DNA of 64,000 nucleotides from Bacteroidota bacterium (GCA_018692315.1 JABHKC010000098.1:6572-70571), one strand, 5' to 3'. Positions 19,896 to 29,973 are shown, counted from the stretch's first letter. A program made the numbers and translations. The notes: generated by a model from the letters alone, not told the origin.

Positions 19896-21443
19896 TCATT
19901 CATCAACAATTTTTTTACCATTAATTTTATATTCAATGCCTTTTTTGTATGAGATTGTATAAATCAGATTACTTTCAGAATCGTAATATCTCCACCGTTT
20001 TTCTTTCTTTCCGAAAAGGTACTCTCCTTCTTTTCTGATATTTCCGTTTTTAAAATAGTATCTGTGTTTGCCATGTTCTCGATCCTCAATAAAGCTCCCT
20101 TCAAAGCTTCTATCTCCATTCGGGAACGAATATTCCCACAATCCATCTTTTAGTCCATATTTATATTTTCCCTTTTCGATATGGTCTCCAACAAAATAGT
20201 ACCATTCTCCTTCTTTCTCTCCATCAATAAATTCTCCTTTCGAGATTATTTGGTCAAGTTCATCGTATTCAATAAATTGCCCTTCTTCTTTTCCATTGTA
20301 ATAATGTTCCTCTCTTTTTACTTTTCCGTTTTCGAAATACCAGATCCAATCGCCCGAAAATTTTCCATTCTTATAAATCCCTTTTTGTTCTTTGTTCCCA
20401 TTTAGGTAATAGTATTCCCACTTCCCATTTTTTTTATTGCTACGGAATTTTCCTTTCGATTTTATTTTTCCATCTGGATAAAAATACTTCCACTCACCTT
20501 GTTTTTTCACATTGTCGTCTATCATTCCTGTTCCTTTGACATTACCCAGATCGTCGTATAAAATAGCCGCAGATATTGTACCATTCTGCTCAAATTCTTT
20601 ATGAATACCTACAGGATTTTTGCCAATAAATCCTCCACTTTTTTTGATTTTTCCATTTTCATAAAATTCTTCTTTAACAACAATTTGCTCTTTTTCTTCA
20701 ATATTATCTCCTATCAAAATTCCATAATTATAGCGCTGATTTATGATTAGCTTACCCCTTCTGTCAAATTCCCGATAAAAACCATGTAATAAATCGTTTA
20801 GGTAATTTGCCTCCGATTTTAATCGATCGTTACTAAAAAATTCTTTCCATGCTCCCTGTTTTAAGCCATCTTTATCTTTTCTGTTAATTTTTTCTTTGCT
20901 GATTAAAAAATCATTTCGATAGTTCAAAACAGCTATCAATACACTGTCTTGATTAAATTCTTTGGCAATTCCATCTTTGTCGCCATTTTTATAATTAACT
21001 AATTTGTGAATTTTACCATTTTTGTAATAATATGACAATCCTTGCTTTATATCGTTTAGGTACAGCTCTTTAGAAATCAACTTGCCAAAATTTACACTAT
21101 CGTTTTTGTTAATACTATTTTTAAAATAATAACCATTCTTTTTTCCGTATCTGTAATTTATTATTTCGGAAATAGTCCCACTTTTTTGATAAAAATTCCA
21201 TACGCTGTCGAGCAGAAAGTTTTTTCTATTTCCTTCAGATTTTAATTCCCCTGTGTTATAATATGTTTTCCAAAATCCGCTGGGTTTGCCGTTTCTCATA
21301 TTTCCTTCGCTCGAAACCTTGCCATTTTGATAGTAGAAATAATTATACCCATTGGGATTAATTACTTCATCCTGAGCATAAATAAATTGCGAAATTATAA
21401 TAAACAAGGAAGTATAAATTATTTTCATTTGTTTATTTACCAT
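19896..21443 (-). CDS. MORN-variant repeat protein (YwqK-like repeats), secreted
   Basis: About 20 tandem G-x-W-x-x-Y-Y-x-N-G-type repeats; the likely true start is the second Met (MKIIYTSLFII signal peptide). Confidence 0.7.
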   Translation of the reverse strand: MVNKQMKIIYTSLFIIISQFIYAQDEVINPNGYNYFYYQNGKVSSEGNMRNGKPSGFWKTYYNTGELKSEGNRKNFLLDSVWNFYQKSGTISEIINYRYGKKNGYYFKNSINKNDSVNFGKLISKELYLNDIKQGLSYYYKNGKIHKLVNYKNGDKDGIAKEFNQDSVLIAVLNYRNDFLISKEKINRKDKDGLKQGAWKEFFSNDRLKSEANYLNDLLHGFYREFDRRGKLIINQRYNYGILIGDNIEEKEQIVVKEEFYENGKIKKSGGFIGKNPVGIHKEFEQNGTISAAILYDDLGNVKGTGMIDDNVKKQGEWKYFYPDGKIKSKGKFRSNKKNGKWEYYYLNGNKEQKGIYKNGKFSGDWIWYFENGKVKREEHYYNGKEEGQFIEYDELDQIISKGEFIDGEKEGEWYYFVGDHIEKGKYKYGLKDGLWEYSFPNGDRSFEGSFIEDREHGKHRYYFKNGNIRKEGEYLFGKKEKRWRYYDSESNLIYTISYKKGIEYKINGKKIVDE

Positions 21444-21512
21444 GTTATTTTATCAATTTATTGGAAACTTTTAAATTGTATAAATGTTTAGTATTGCAAA
21501 ATATTTGAAAAC

Positions 21513-22691
21513 TTATGCTTTCAAAATTAGTTTAACCATAGCTCCTCCCTCAGCACACTTGCCAATTTCAACTTTGCTTTCGTGAGCGTCCATAATTAAT
21601 TTTACCGCAGCAAGGCCCAGTCCATAACCTTCGGAGTGGTGCATAACTTTATCGCAAGAAAAAAATCCAAATAGTTTTTCGATGGCTTCGTCAGAGAATC
21701 CTTTGCCAGAATCACAAATTTCGCAGACAATATTGCCATCAATTTTTTGAGCATTAATTGTTATTTTTCCATTTTGGGGTGAATATCCAATGGCATTCTC
21801 AACGATGTTCGAAATACATTTTTGAAGCAATTCGAAATCTCCAATAACAATCAGGTCAGTATTGTTCATTTTAACAATCTCGATGTTTTTGTTCTCTATC
21901 GTTTTTGAATGTTCGCTAAAGGTTGTTTCAAAAATATCATTCAATGAGCATGGGTAAGATTGCATTCTGTATCGGTCGGCACGAAGTTCTGTAATCAACA
22001 ATGCAGTATCAGAAAATCTTACTAATTTTCTTGCAGCAATTTTCAATTCATTAACATATTCCAATTGCTCTGTGGTTCTTAGGGTGCTTTCCAAGAGGTC
22101 GGTAAAACCATAAATTCCGTTTAGAGGTGTTCTAAGTTCGTGACTAATTATTGAAAGAAATTCCGATTTAGCTTTATCCAAGGTGATAAGTCTTGAGTTT
22201 GCACCTTCCAGCTTTTTGTTCGATTCTACAAGTTCCGATGTTCGTTGTTCGACTTTTTCTTCAAGGGTTTGATTCATTTTAACCAATTGCTCCGATTTAT
22301 ACTTAAGTTCCAAATGAGTTTTAACTCTTGCGAGCAATTCGAGTGCATTAAATGGTTTTATCACATAATCCTGAGCTCCAAGATTCAATCCCTTGATTAT
22401 GCTATTAGAATCTGTTTTTGCTGTGAGAAAAATTACCGGAATATCTTTTGATTTTTCATTAGATTTGATTTTTTCGCATACTTCGTAGCCGTCCATTTCA
22501 GGCATCATAATATCGAGCAAGATTAAATCAAAATCATTATTATTTACTAAATTAAGGGCAGATTTCCCACTTTGAGTGTACGAAATATGATAGGATTCTT
22601 TTAGCAAAATGGATCCAAGAATTTGAATGTTTTTAGGTTGATCATCAACAATTAAAATGCTGTAATCACTATTCTTTTTAGTTTGTATCAT
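21513..22691 (-). CDS. hybrid response-regulator receiver / histidine kinase
   Basis: N-terminal REC (ILIVDD...DLILLDIMMPEMDG...K), coiled linker, H-box SHELRTPLN, HATPase G-boxes (DSGKGF, GYGLGL); no TM or sensor domain. Confidence 0.85.
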   Translation of the reverse strand: MIQTKKNSDYSILIVDDQPKNIQILGSILLKESYHISYTQSGKSALNLVNNNDFDLILLDIMMPEMDGYEVCEKIKSNEKSKDIPVIFLTAKTDSNSIIKGLNLGAQDYVIKPFNALELLARVKTHLELKYKSEQLVKMNQTLEEKVEQRTSELVESNKKLEGANSRLITLDKAKSEFLSIISHELRTPLNGIYGFTDLLESTLRTTEQLEYVNELKIAARKLVRFSDTALLITELRADRYRMQSYPCSLNDIFETTFSEHSKTIENKNIEIVKMNNTDLIVIGDFELLQKCISNIVENAIGYSPQNGKITINAQKIDGNIVCEICDSGKGFSDEAIEKLFGFFSCDKVMHHSEGYGLGLAAVKLIMDAHESKVEIGKCAEGGAMVKLILKA

Positions 22692-22770
22692 CTTATTTTT
22701 TTCAAAAAATCACTAAACATTAAAATATAGAATTAAACAAGCAATTTAATAATTTTACGTAAAACTACTA

Positions 22771-23871
22771 CTACGATTTATGATTTTTCATAATTTCAAC
22801 TTGTTTTAGAATTGATTCTTTGTGAACAAGTTGCAATAATTTTATTATAAAATCTTCCGAAAGTCCTAAGTTTTTCCCAATTTCTGAGCGCGATGATATA
22901 ATTTTTTCCCATCTTCTGAGCTGCAAAATTGTTACATCATTTTCGCATTTATATTTCCCTATATCTTCAACAATATTCATTCTTTGGCTTAGTAGCTCGA
23001 GCATTTGCATATCGATTGAATCTATTTGTTCTCTGAACTGTTCGAGCTGGTTTGAGAAATCTATGCTTAGATTTTCCGATTTTCTATAAACCAGGTCGGC
23101 AAGCAAATTATTTAACTCGGCAGGTTCCAACTGTTGATTTTTATCACTCAAGGCACTTTCCGGCGAAATATGGGATTCTATCATCAATCCATCCACAGCT
23201 AAATCTAAAGCCTTTTGTGATATTTCTTTTATATATTTTTTCGTGCCTGATATATGACTTGGGTCGTTTAGAATGGGCAGATTGGGCAGTTTTCGTTTTA
23301 GTTCAATTAGCAATTCCCATTTAGGGATATTCCTGAAAGGAGTTTTCTCGAAGGGATAAAATCCTCTGTGGATAGCTCCAATTTTTCTGATGCCATTATT
23401 TGCAAATCTTTCAATTGCACCCTGCCAAAGCTCAATATCCGGATTAATTGGATTTTTAATAAGAAATGCCAGGCCTGTACCTTTTGCAGCATTGGCAAGT
23501 TCCTGAACCGAAAAAGGATTTGAACAAGTTCTGGCACCAATCCAAAGAATATCAATGCCATATTTTAAACAAATGTCGATATGTTTAGGTGTAGCTACTT
23601 CTGTAGCTGTTAATAATCCGGTTTCCTCTTTTACTTTTTGCAACCATGCAAGTCCCTTTTCGCCAACTCCCTCGAATGTTTCGGGACGTGTTCTGGGTTT
23701 CCAAAGACCTGACCTAAAAACCGAAACCATTTTGTTTTCAGATATTTGTTGTGCTGTAGATAATATCTGACTTTCTGATTCGGCACTGCAAGGACCGGCA
23801 ATTATTAAAGGTTTGCTCGAAAATGGTTCAAACCATTCCTCTAAAGGAAGTATATTAAAACTATTTTTCAT
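22771..23871 (-). CDS. bifunctional 3-deoxy-7-phosphoheptulonate synthase / chorismate mutase type II
   Basis: N-terminal type I-beta DAHPS pattern (LIIAGPCSAES, KPRT), C-terminal CM helix (REQIDSIDMQMLELLSQRM). Confidence 0.85.
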   Translation of the reverse strand: MKNSFNILPLEEWFEPFSSKPLIIAGPCSAESESQILSTAQQISENKMVSVFRSGLWKPRTRPETFEGVGEKGLAWLQKVKEETGLLTATEVATPKHIDICLKYGIDILWIGARTCSNPFSVQELANAAKGTGLAFLIKNPINPDIELWQGAIERFANNGIRKIGAIHRGFYPFEKTPFRNIPKWELLIELKRKLPNLPILNDPSHISGTKKYIKEISQKALDLAVDGLMIESHISPESALSDKNQQLEPAELNNLLADLVYRKSENLSIDFSNQLEQFREQIDSIDMQMLELLSQRMNIVEDIGKYKCENDVTILQLRRWEKIISSRSEIGKNLGLSEDFIIKLLQLVHKESILKQVEIMKNHKS

Positions 23872-23905
23872 AAATTTTCAGATATGTATATTTGCTTACA
23901 AAAGA

Positions 23906-23941
23906 GCAAAAAAAACCTGTTACGAAAAACATAACAGGTTT
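23906..23941 (-). terminator. intrinsic terminator of the 23968-24732 gene
   Basis: aacctgtta (23914-23922) / taacaggtt (23932-23940) stem, followed on the minus strand by ttttttgctcttt. Confidence 0.65.
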
Positions 23942-23967
23942 AATACAATTATTATGAAAAATGAATA

Positions 23968-24732
23968 TTATCTTGATATATTCAAATATTTTGTTTGGGT
24001 AAAATTCTCTGAAACCATTTTGTAATAATAGTTTCCTGAGGCTAATTGGCTTGTGTTAAATTTCAATGTGTATTCTCCGGCACTGTAATCTTGATTTGTT
24101 AAATCTTCAATAAATTTTCCTTTTGTGGTGAAAAGTGAAATTTTTACATTGCTATCGTCCGATACATAAAATTTAATTTCGGTAAAATCTTTAGTAGGAT
24201 TTGGGGTGTTTTGGTAAAGCATACTATTTTCCAAAACTTCTCCATTTTGCTTAACTTTCAACTTATTAATTATGCTAATTCCATTTGTTTTGAAATTGCC
24301 ATTTCCTTCCAGGTAACTTTCCACTTCGAGAATATCAATTTGTCCGGTTTTGTGATGCCACAGTTGTAGAGTAAATAACTCTCCATTTGCAACTCCTTCT
24401 TTTTCTTCAGTTGTTTCGTCGTCTCCCCATATTGCAATAGCTGTATTTTTTCCGACATAACAAACACTTCCAACCAATTTTCCGGTCGAATTGAATGCTC
24501 CAATCTCATCTCCAACTTGTGGTTTTTCTAACCACACAAAATTTGGAATCCCAACTGTCATGTTATTTCCGGTATTCTTAATATTCACAAAATGTTTTGT
24601 GGATTGATAATCGGATTTCTCTAACACATTAGTTTGAGAATTAGATGGGTAGGTTAAATTTTGAGAATTTGAGTTTTGACTAATCAACAAGCCAACAACT
24701 AATAGCAGACTAAAAAATACTTTTGTTTTCAT
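23968..24732 (-). CDS. T9SS C-terminal sorting domain protein, function unknown
   Basis: Signal peptide; C-terminal NTPNPTKDFTEIKF...GNYYYKM sorting-domain pattern. Confidence 0.6.
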   Translation of the reverse strand: MKTKVFFSLLLVVGLLISQNSNSQNLTYPSNSQTNVLEKSDYQSTKHFVNIKNTGNNMTVGIPNFVWLEKPQVGDEIGAFNSTGKLVGSVCYVGKNTAIAIWGDDETTEEKEGVANGELFTLQLWHHKTGQIDILEVESYLEGNGNFKTNGISIINKLKVKQNGEVLENSMLYQNTPNPTKDFTEIKFYVSDDSNVKISLFTTKGKFIEDLTNQDYSAGEYTLKFNTSQLASGNYYYKMVSENFTQTKYLNISR

Positions 24733-24823
24733 GTTATCAAGTTTTAAATTAATTTACAAATATAAAAATAATATTTTATTACTACAATTTTATTTAATAC
24801 AAATAATACGAATCTTTGAAAAA

Positions 24824-24961
24824 TTAGTTATTACTTTCTTCTTCTATATCGGCAGTTAATATTACATCTTCCTTTTCTTCGCCTGTTTTGCGACTGTCGG
24901 GCGTAAAGAAAACTACAATAAAAGCGAGTGTAAACGACACTCCAAAGACCCACATTGGCAT
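24824..24961 (-). CDS. possible 45-aa single-pass membrane peptide (below ORF-track cutoff)
   Basis: Hand translation MPMWVFGVSFTLAFIVVFFTPDSRKTGEEKEDVILTADIEEESNN: one hydrophobic helix plus an acidic tail; no homology known to me. Confidence 0.2.
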   Translation of the reverse strand: MPMWVFGVSFTLAFIVVFFTPDSRKTGEEKEDVILTADIEEESNN

Positions 24962-25166
24962 TTTATAATTTTTTTAAATTTATTTATTACAAATATAAGA
25001 CTTTTTTTAATTAATTGAACTATTTTTCAGAAGTCGCCTAAATTTCAAATAACATAACTAATCATTGTCGGATACTTGATTTAATAATAAGCTTTCTTTG
25101 TGAAACCCAATAGCTATCGGCAAGCTATTACGCAAAGTGGGAGAATTATATTCTGGTAGCGTAAAA

Positions 25167-25199
25167 AGTCCCTGCGGGTTTTGAAAACCCGCAGGGACT
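25167..25199 (-). terminator. strong GC hairpin downstream of 25211-27151 (terminator candidate)
   Basis: agtccctgcggg-ttttgaaaa-cccgcagggact near-perfect palindrome 11 nt after the stop codon; on the minus strand followed by ttttac. Confidence 0.5.
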
Positions 25200-25210
25200 G
25201 ATGTAAGAAT

Positions 25211-27151
25211 CTAATTCGCCGGATAAAGCAAAGTATCAGCTGCCAGCATTTTTATTTGGTAGCCTTCGCCTGGGTTCATATTTCCTATATTGTCGATGCC
25301 ATACATTGGCCAATAGATTAAACCATTACCATTTTTTACCATTACAATATTCTGTGAAATATCATTGAGCATAGTGCTTATTACACCGCTATTTTGGCGA
25401 AGGTAGCCAATTATGTTCCAATCTTGCAATAGAGCTAATGGCGACCACTCCGGGACAGCTGCAATTCCGGACACTTCAAGTATGTTGAAATTGTACATTT
25501 TCAGTATATAGCCTTCTCCAAGCTGAAAATCGCCTATGGTATTTACATTATACATTGGCCAAAAAGTTTGGCCAATTTCATTTTTCATAAGAATCATATC
25601 GGTGGCTACATCGGTAAAAACTGAATCGCAATCGGGCACATAAGGATCAACATAGCTCGAAATTATCGACCAGCCCTGACTAAGATTTACAAATTGTTTG
25701 GTATGTTCAGGGACATATTGGCTTGCTGTTAAAAGAAAAATATCGAAGCTACTAGCAATGAAGAAGCCCGGTGAACAAAGACTATCAAATTTTAGTGTAT
25801 CCAATGCCGTAAAGACGCCACTCATATATATATCATAATTGTCTGCTACAAATAATTCTCTTAGGTAGGCAAATGGTTGTGCTTCCAAATTATTATACCA
25901 TTGTCTTACTCCAGAAGAATCAATTTTGCTTAATATTGGCATTTTGTCAGTTATTTGTGAAACTGGAATTATGGTATCATTATCAAATATTATTGTGTCC
26001 CCCTCGTAACAAAAAGAGAAATAAACACTATTGTCTTTATCATAGGTAATTACTGGTTTTACAGATTCATTTAAGGAAAATTCAGTAATAGCATACTTTT
26101 TCCACAATACTGAACCATTTGAATCTAATTTAACAATAAACGAGTTATGGCAATTAGGTTGAATCGGAAATACATTTGATGACCATATTGTATCAGAATC
26201 AAATAAAAATGTCAGACCACTCGAATACCCACTGATTAATACATTATTTGAATTATCAATTTTAACATCACAAATGAAGTTCTGGTCATATATTGAGCTG
26301 GCATTAGAATGGAGTAATTTGTTCCAGACAAGGTTGCCATTTGGATCAAATTTTAAAAGAAATGACACAAAATTACTATTGATTGCATTTAAAAGAATTC
26401 CGGCAACATTCAAAAGGTTCGAATTTGTCCATTGTGCGTAATAAATATTTCCATAATTGTCAACAGCCAGAGCTTCAGGCTCATCATCGTAAGTGGAATA
26501 TATCCTTTTAATCCAAAGCTCGTTCCCAAGCGAATCGTATTTTGCAATAAAGGCATCTTCACTGCCCGAATTGCTTATGGTTGTGCCTGCAAAACTTAAA
26601 CTTGGACTGTCATAATAGCCACTAACAATAACATTTCCATTTTTATCTAAAACGATATTTGAAGCATAGTCATCACCAGTACCTGATATAATATTTAGAG
26701 AAATTGGATTACCAAAAGTATCTTGTTTTGTAACAAAAAAATCTACTGTTTGGGTAACAGGAATGGTAGAACTTCCATAAGTATTAGACCAGTATGTTGA
26801 TCTTGACATTACAGAATACATATAAGTGTTGTTTTGCTGAAAGTCTGAAATAGTTGAGTATTGCAAATTTGGAATATCAAGAGCTTTTGATAAATTACCA
26901 TTGTCAGTGAATTCAATAAGAAAATTGTCCGAACCGGATAAAGATGTATCTGTAAAAAATAGTGTATCTGAATTGCCTGAGCCAATAGTATTAATAATTA
27001 ATTTGCAGTCTCCAAAATTATCAGTGTAAAGCCTGATAGGCGTATCATCCATATAATTCCCCATTGTTCTAAGCCAGTCATAAGAAGTAATTTGTGAAAA
27101 ACCAAAAAAATAATAGAAAATAAGGGAGAATACTAGTATATATTTTTTCAT
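25211..27151 (-). CDS. secreted SBBP-like beta-propeller-repeat protein with duplicated C-terminal domain
   Basis: Signal peptide; repeated GN(I/V)xxSGY... blocks; two C-terminal copies of about 70 aa (...FWPMYNVNTIGDFQLGEGYILKM / ...YWPMYGIDNIGNMNPGEGYQIKM); no canonical T9SS sorting domain seen. Confidence 0.5.
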   Translation of the reverse strand: MKKYILVFSLIFYYFFGFSQITSYDWLRTMGNYMDDTPIRLYTDNFGDCKLIINTIGSGNSDTLFFTDTSLSGSDNFLIEFTDNGNLSKALDIPNLQYSTISDFQQNNTYMYSVMSRSTYWSNTYGSSTIPVTQTVDFFVTKQDTFGNPISLNIISGTGDDYASNIVLDKNGNVIVSGYYDSPSLSFAGTTISNSGSEDAFIAKYDSLGNELWIKRIYSTYDDEPEALAVDNYGNIYYAQWTNSNLLNVAGILLNAINSNFVSFLLKFDPNGNLVWNKLLHSNASSIYDQNFICDVKIDNSNNVLISGYSSGLTFLFDSDTIWSSNVFPIQPNCHNSFIVKLDSNGSVLWKKYAITEFSLNESVKPVITYDKDNSVYFSFCYEGDTIIFDNDTIIPVSQITDKMPILSKIDSSGVRQWYNNLEAQPFAYLRELFVADNYDIYMSGVFTALDTLKFDSLCSPGFFIASSFDIFLLTASQYVPEHTKQFVNLSQGWSIISSYVDPYVPDCDSVFTDVATDMILMKNEIGQTFWPMYNVNTIGDFQLGEGYILKMYNFNILEVSGIAAVPEWSPLALLQDWNIIGYLRQNSGVISTMLNDISQNIVMVKNGNGLIYWPMYGIDNIGNMNPGEGYQIKMLAADTLLYPAN

Positions 27152-27336
27152 AACATATTAATTTAATAAACGATTTTTTAGTTTCTAATAAGACGTTTTT
27201 CAAAAGTTATTTCGTTTTTCAAAAATAAAACAAATTTTGTGTAAAGTCAAACTCATATGAATTTATTTTGCCAATTTTGAAAAGCTTAGTGCAATTTGGG
27301 TAAATTATTTTCGTGTTGTTTTTCGCTGTGTCGTTT

Positions 27337-27369
27337 AGACCTGACATGTTTTGAAAACCTGTCAGGTCT
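27337..27369. repeat. hairpin repeat sharing its apex with 25167-25199
   Basis: agacctgaca-tgttttgaaaacc-tgtcaggtct; same gttttgaaaacc core but a different outer stem. Confidence 0.6.
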
Positions 27370-27781
27370 GCTTTGTATGGGAGCTTTATCAAATTTTTGA
27401 GCTTTAACAAAGCTGCAAAGTTTGCAAGAAATTCTATAATCTTTTGAATAGTATTTATTCTTTTTTCTAATTTTTTCATTCAATGTTTTTTCAAAAAACT
27501 AAAACCTTTCATATGGTTATAACAAAAAGCCGAAAAATCTTTCATGTTTTTTTTGGGATTTTGGGATTTTTTCTGAGTTATTTGCTGTAAACATCTGAAT
27601 ATAAATTACAAAAAAAATGAAAAAAATTTTCCTTAATATCAAACAAAAAGTGTTGTTCCGGCAAAATATTGCCAAATGCTCAATTTATTTCTTTATGATT
27701 TTTATCATATCCTATTAATGAGTCATAAAATATCTTTATGCCTAATAAATTGTTATATTTTTTAATTAAAAAAAAGTAATT

Positions 27782-28057
27782 ATGGATCACGGACCTGCTG
27801 TGGAACTTGGTGTTGACCATGCCGCCAAGAAGAAATCAAAATTGGGAGTCTTCCTATTTTTTGTTTATTTAATCGTATATGCCGGCTTCGTAGCCATAGG
27901 TGTAGCAGATTACGAATTGATGGGAAAAATAGTGCTTGGAAATCAGAACCTTGCTGTGGTTTATGGTTTTGGCTTAATCATTTTCGCCATTTTGCTTGGT
28001 TTGTATTATAACTGGCAATGTACAAAGTATGAAAATTTAATGAATAAGGAGGACTAA
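27782..28057 (+). CDS. DUF485 small membrane protein (YjcH-like, ActP partner)
   Basis: 91 aa, two TM helices, ends 2 nt before the acetate symporter gene. Confidence 0.75.
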   Translation: MDHGPAVELGVDHAAKKKSKLGVFLFFVYLIVYAGFVAIGVADYELMGKIVLGNQNLAVVYGFGLIIFAILLGLYYNWQCTKYENLMNKED

Positions 28058-28059
28058 TT

Positions 28060-29973
28060 ATGATATACGGAGTTTCAGTTTTTGCGATAGTTTTATTTTT
28101 TATTTTTGTAATTTTCGTTTTAGGCTTATCCTTTTATTTTGCGAGAAAAACAAAATCTGCAAGTGGTTATTTTGCTGCAGGTGGCGCAATTCATTGGGGT
28201 GTAAACGGAATTGCTTTTGCCGGCGATTATCTTTCGGCAGCATCATTTCTTGGAATTTGTGGTATGATTGCATTTGTAGGTTACGATGGATTTCTATATT
28301 CTGTCGGTTATCTTGCAGGTTGGATTGTTGCACTTTTTCTTGTTGCCGAACCATTAAAACGACTTGGTAAATTTACTTTTACCGATGCTTTAGATTCAAA
28401 ATTTAATTCGAAAGCAATTCAATTGTCTGCGGCAATTAGTACATTGATAGTTTCAATTTTTTACCTGATTCCTCAAATGGTTGGTGCCGGTGCTTTGGTT
28501 ACTCCACTGCTTGGCTTACCTCACTGGGTTGGAGTTGTAATTGTTGGAGCAATTGTAGTTTTTATTGTAGCTACTGCCGGAATGACTTCTACTACTTACG
28601 TACAATTTATCAAGGGAGGCTTGTTGATTATTTTCTCTACAATTTTGGCTATATATATATTCAACAATGGTTTGTCCTTAACACCAGACAATGAAGAAAA
28701 TAAATATCATCAATTTGTTACATTAACACCCACAATCGAAAATAATGTTCTAAGTGTTGAGGGCTACAATATTGTAAAAGAGAAAGAAGTAAAAGGCCAT
28801 CAATTTGTAAAAATTAAGAAAAACAATGTAGCCAGATGGTACGATCTTGTGAAAGAAAATGGATTACCAGTTCTTAAAGAAATGCTTTCTACTACAGTTC
28901 CCAGCAATGGTGAAAAACTTTACAATGGCGAGCCTAAAGAAAATGCAAAGTTCTATCAGGTGGGGCACATGAGTAAAATTATTGTTGATGGCAAAGAAGT
29001 TGAAAGTACCGGACCTTTAGGACCATTCAAATTTTTATCGACAATAGAAAAAAGCGAACTTGTCAGGTTCCTGAAAGTAAAATTCAACGATGGCGATGAT
29101 AAAGTCGTTGTTTGGCATCAGAGAATCACTTCCGGAAAAGAAATGATGATGCCCGGTCTTAAATTTAAAATTGGGAAAGGTGCTAATTTCTGGACTAAAC
29201 TAAATTTTGTTTCATTGATGTTAGCCTTATTTCTCGGAACAGCATCATTACCTCATATTTTGATTAGATACTATACAGTAAAAAGTCAAAAAGATGCAAG
29301 AAAATCAACTATTGTAGCAATTGGTGCAATAGGAGGTTTTTATGTATTAACTTTATTTATGGGACTTGGAGCAGCTGTAAATGGCGTTCTCGATGTAGAA
29401 AGTAGTAATATGTCCGGTCCATTGCTTGCCAAAGCATTTGGTGTAGGATTGTTCTCAATAATTTCAGCCATTGCATTTGCCACAATTCTCGGAACTGTGA
29501 GCGGACTGATAGTTGCATCTTCAGGAGCAATTGCACATGACCTTATCGACAACTATCTTGGCAAAAATTTGGGAGATGATGGTAAAGTTAGAGCTGGAAA
29601 AATTGCAGCATTTGCTGTTGGGGTAGTTGCAATAATTCTCGGAATTTCCTTTAAAGGGATGAATGTTTCGTTCTTAGTAGGCTGGGCATTTGCTGTTGCA
29701 GCCTCGGCAAACCTTCCTGCAATTCTAATGCTATTGTTCTGGAAAAAAACTACTGCAAAAGGAATTGCATGGTCTATAGTTGCCGGAATAATTTCTGCCT
29801 TAGGAATTATTCTTACTTCGCCGACTATGTGGGATAGATACGGTTTAGACAAAGCCGATGCTCCTCATATGCTCGACAATCCTGCAATTATTTCATTTAC
29901 TCTTGCATTAGTGGTATTGATTTTTGTATCTCTTTCAACTCAAAAAGATAATGATAAATTAGCTCAAAAATAG
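28060..29973 (+). CDS. actP: cation/acetate symporter (SSF family) with a large hydrophilic insertion
   Basis: SSF pattern (GGAIHWGVNG, GDYLSAASFLG, LPHILIRYYTV); DUF485 partner upstream; about 175 hydrophilic residues inserted at aa 203-378. Confidence 0.8.
   Translation: MIYGVSVFAIVLFFIFVIFVLGLSFYFARKTKSASGYFAAGGAIHWGVNGIAFAGDYLSAASFLGICGMIAFVGYDGFLYSVGYLAGWIVALFLVAEPLKRLGKFTFTDALDSKFNSKAIQLSAAISTLIVSIFYLIPQMVGAGALVTPLLGLPHWVGVVIVGAIVVFIVATAGMTSTTYVQFIKGGLLIIFSTILAIYIFNNGLSLTPDNEENKYHQFVTLTPTIENNVLSVEGYNIVKEKEVKGHQFVKIKKNNVARWYDLVKENGLPVLKEMLSTTVPSNGEKLYNGEPKENAKFYQVGHMSKIIVDGKEVESTGPLGPFKFLSTIEKSELVRFLKVKFNDGDDKVVVWHQRITSGKEMMMPGLKFKIGKGANFWTKLNFVSLMLALFLGTASLPHILIRYYTVKSQKDARKSTIVAIGAIGGFYVLTLFMGLGAAVNGVLDVESSNMSGPLLAKAFGVGLFSIISAIAFATILGTVSGLIVASSGAIAHDLIDNYLGKNLGDDGKVRAGKIAAFAVGVVAIILGISFKGMNVSFLVGWAFAVAASANLPAILMLLFWKKTTAKGIAWSIVAGIISALGIILTSPTMWDRYGLDKADAPHMLDNPAIISFTLALVVLIFVSLSTQKDNDKLAQK

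Noticed and set aside
25030-25041. gaagtcgcctaa 12-mer shared in the same orientation with 44556-44567
   Set aside because: The match is real and unlikely by chance, but flanking similarity fades within about 20 nt and I cannot tie it to any element. It is noted only as a possible fragment of a dispersed repeat.
27219-27483. 86-aa and 65-aa ORFs upstream of the DUF485/actP genes
   Set aside because: Both overlapping frames are built over the hairpin repeat at 27337-27369, have low-complexity AT-rich codon usage, and show no start context. They are most likely non-coding.
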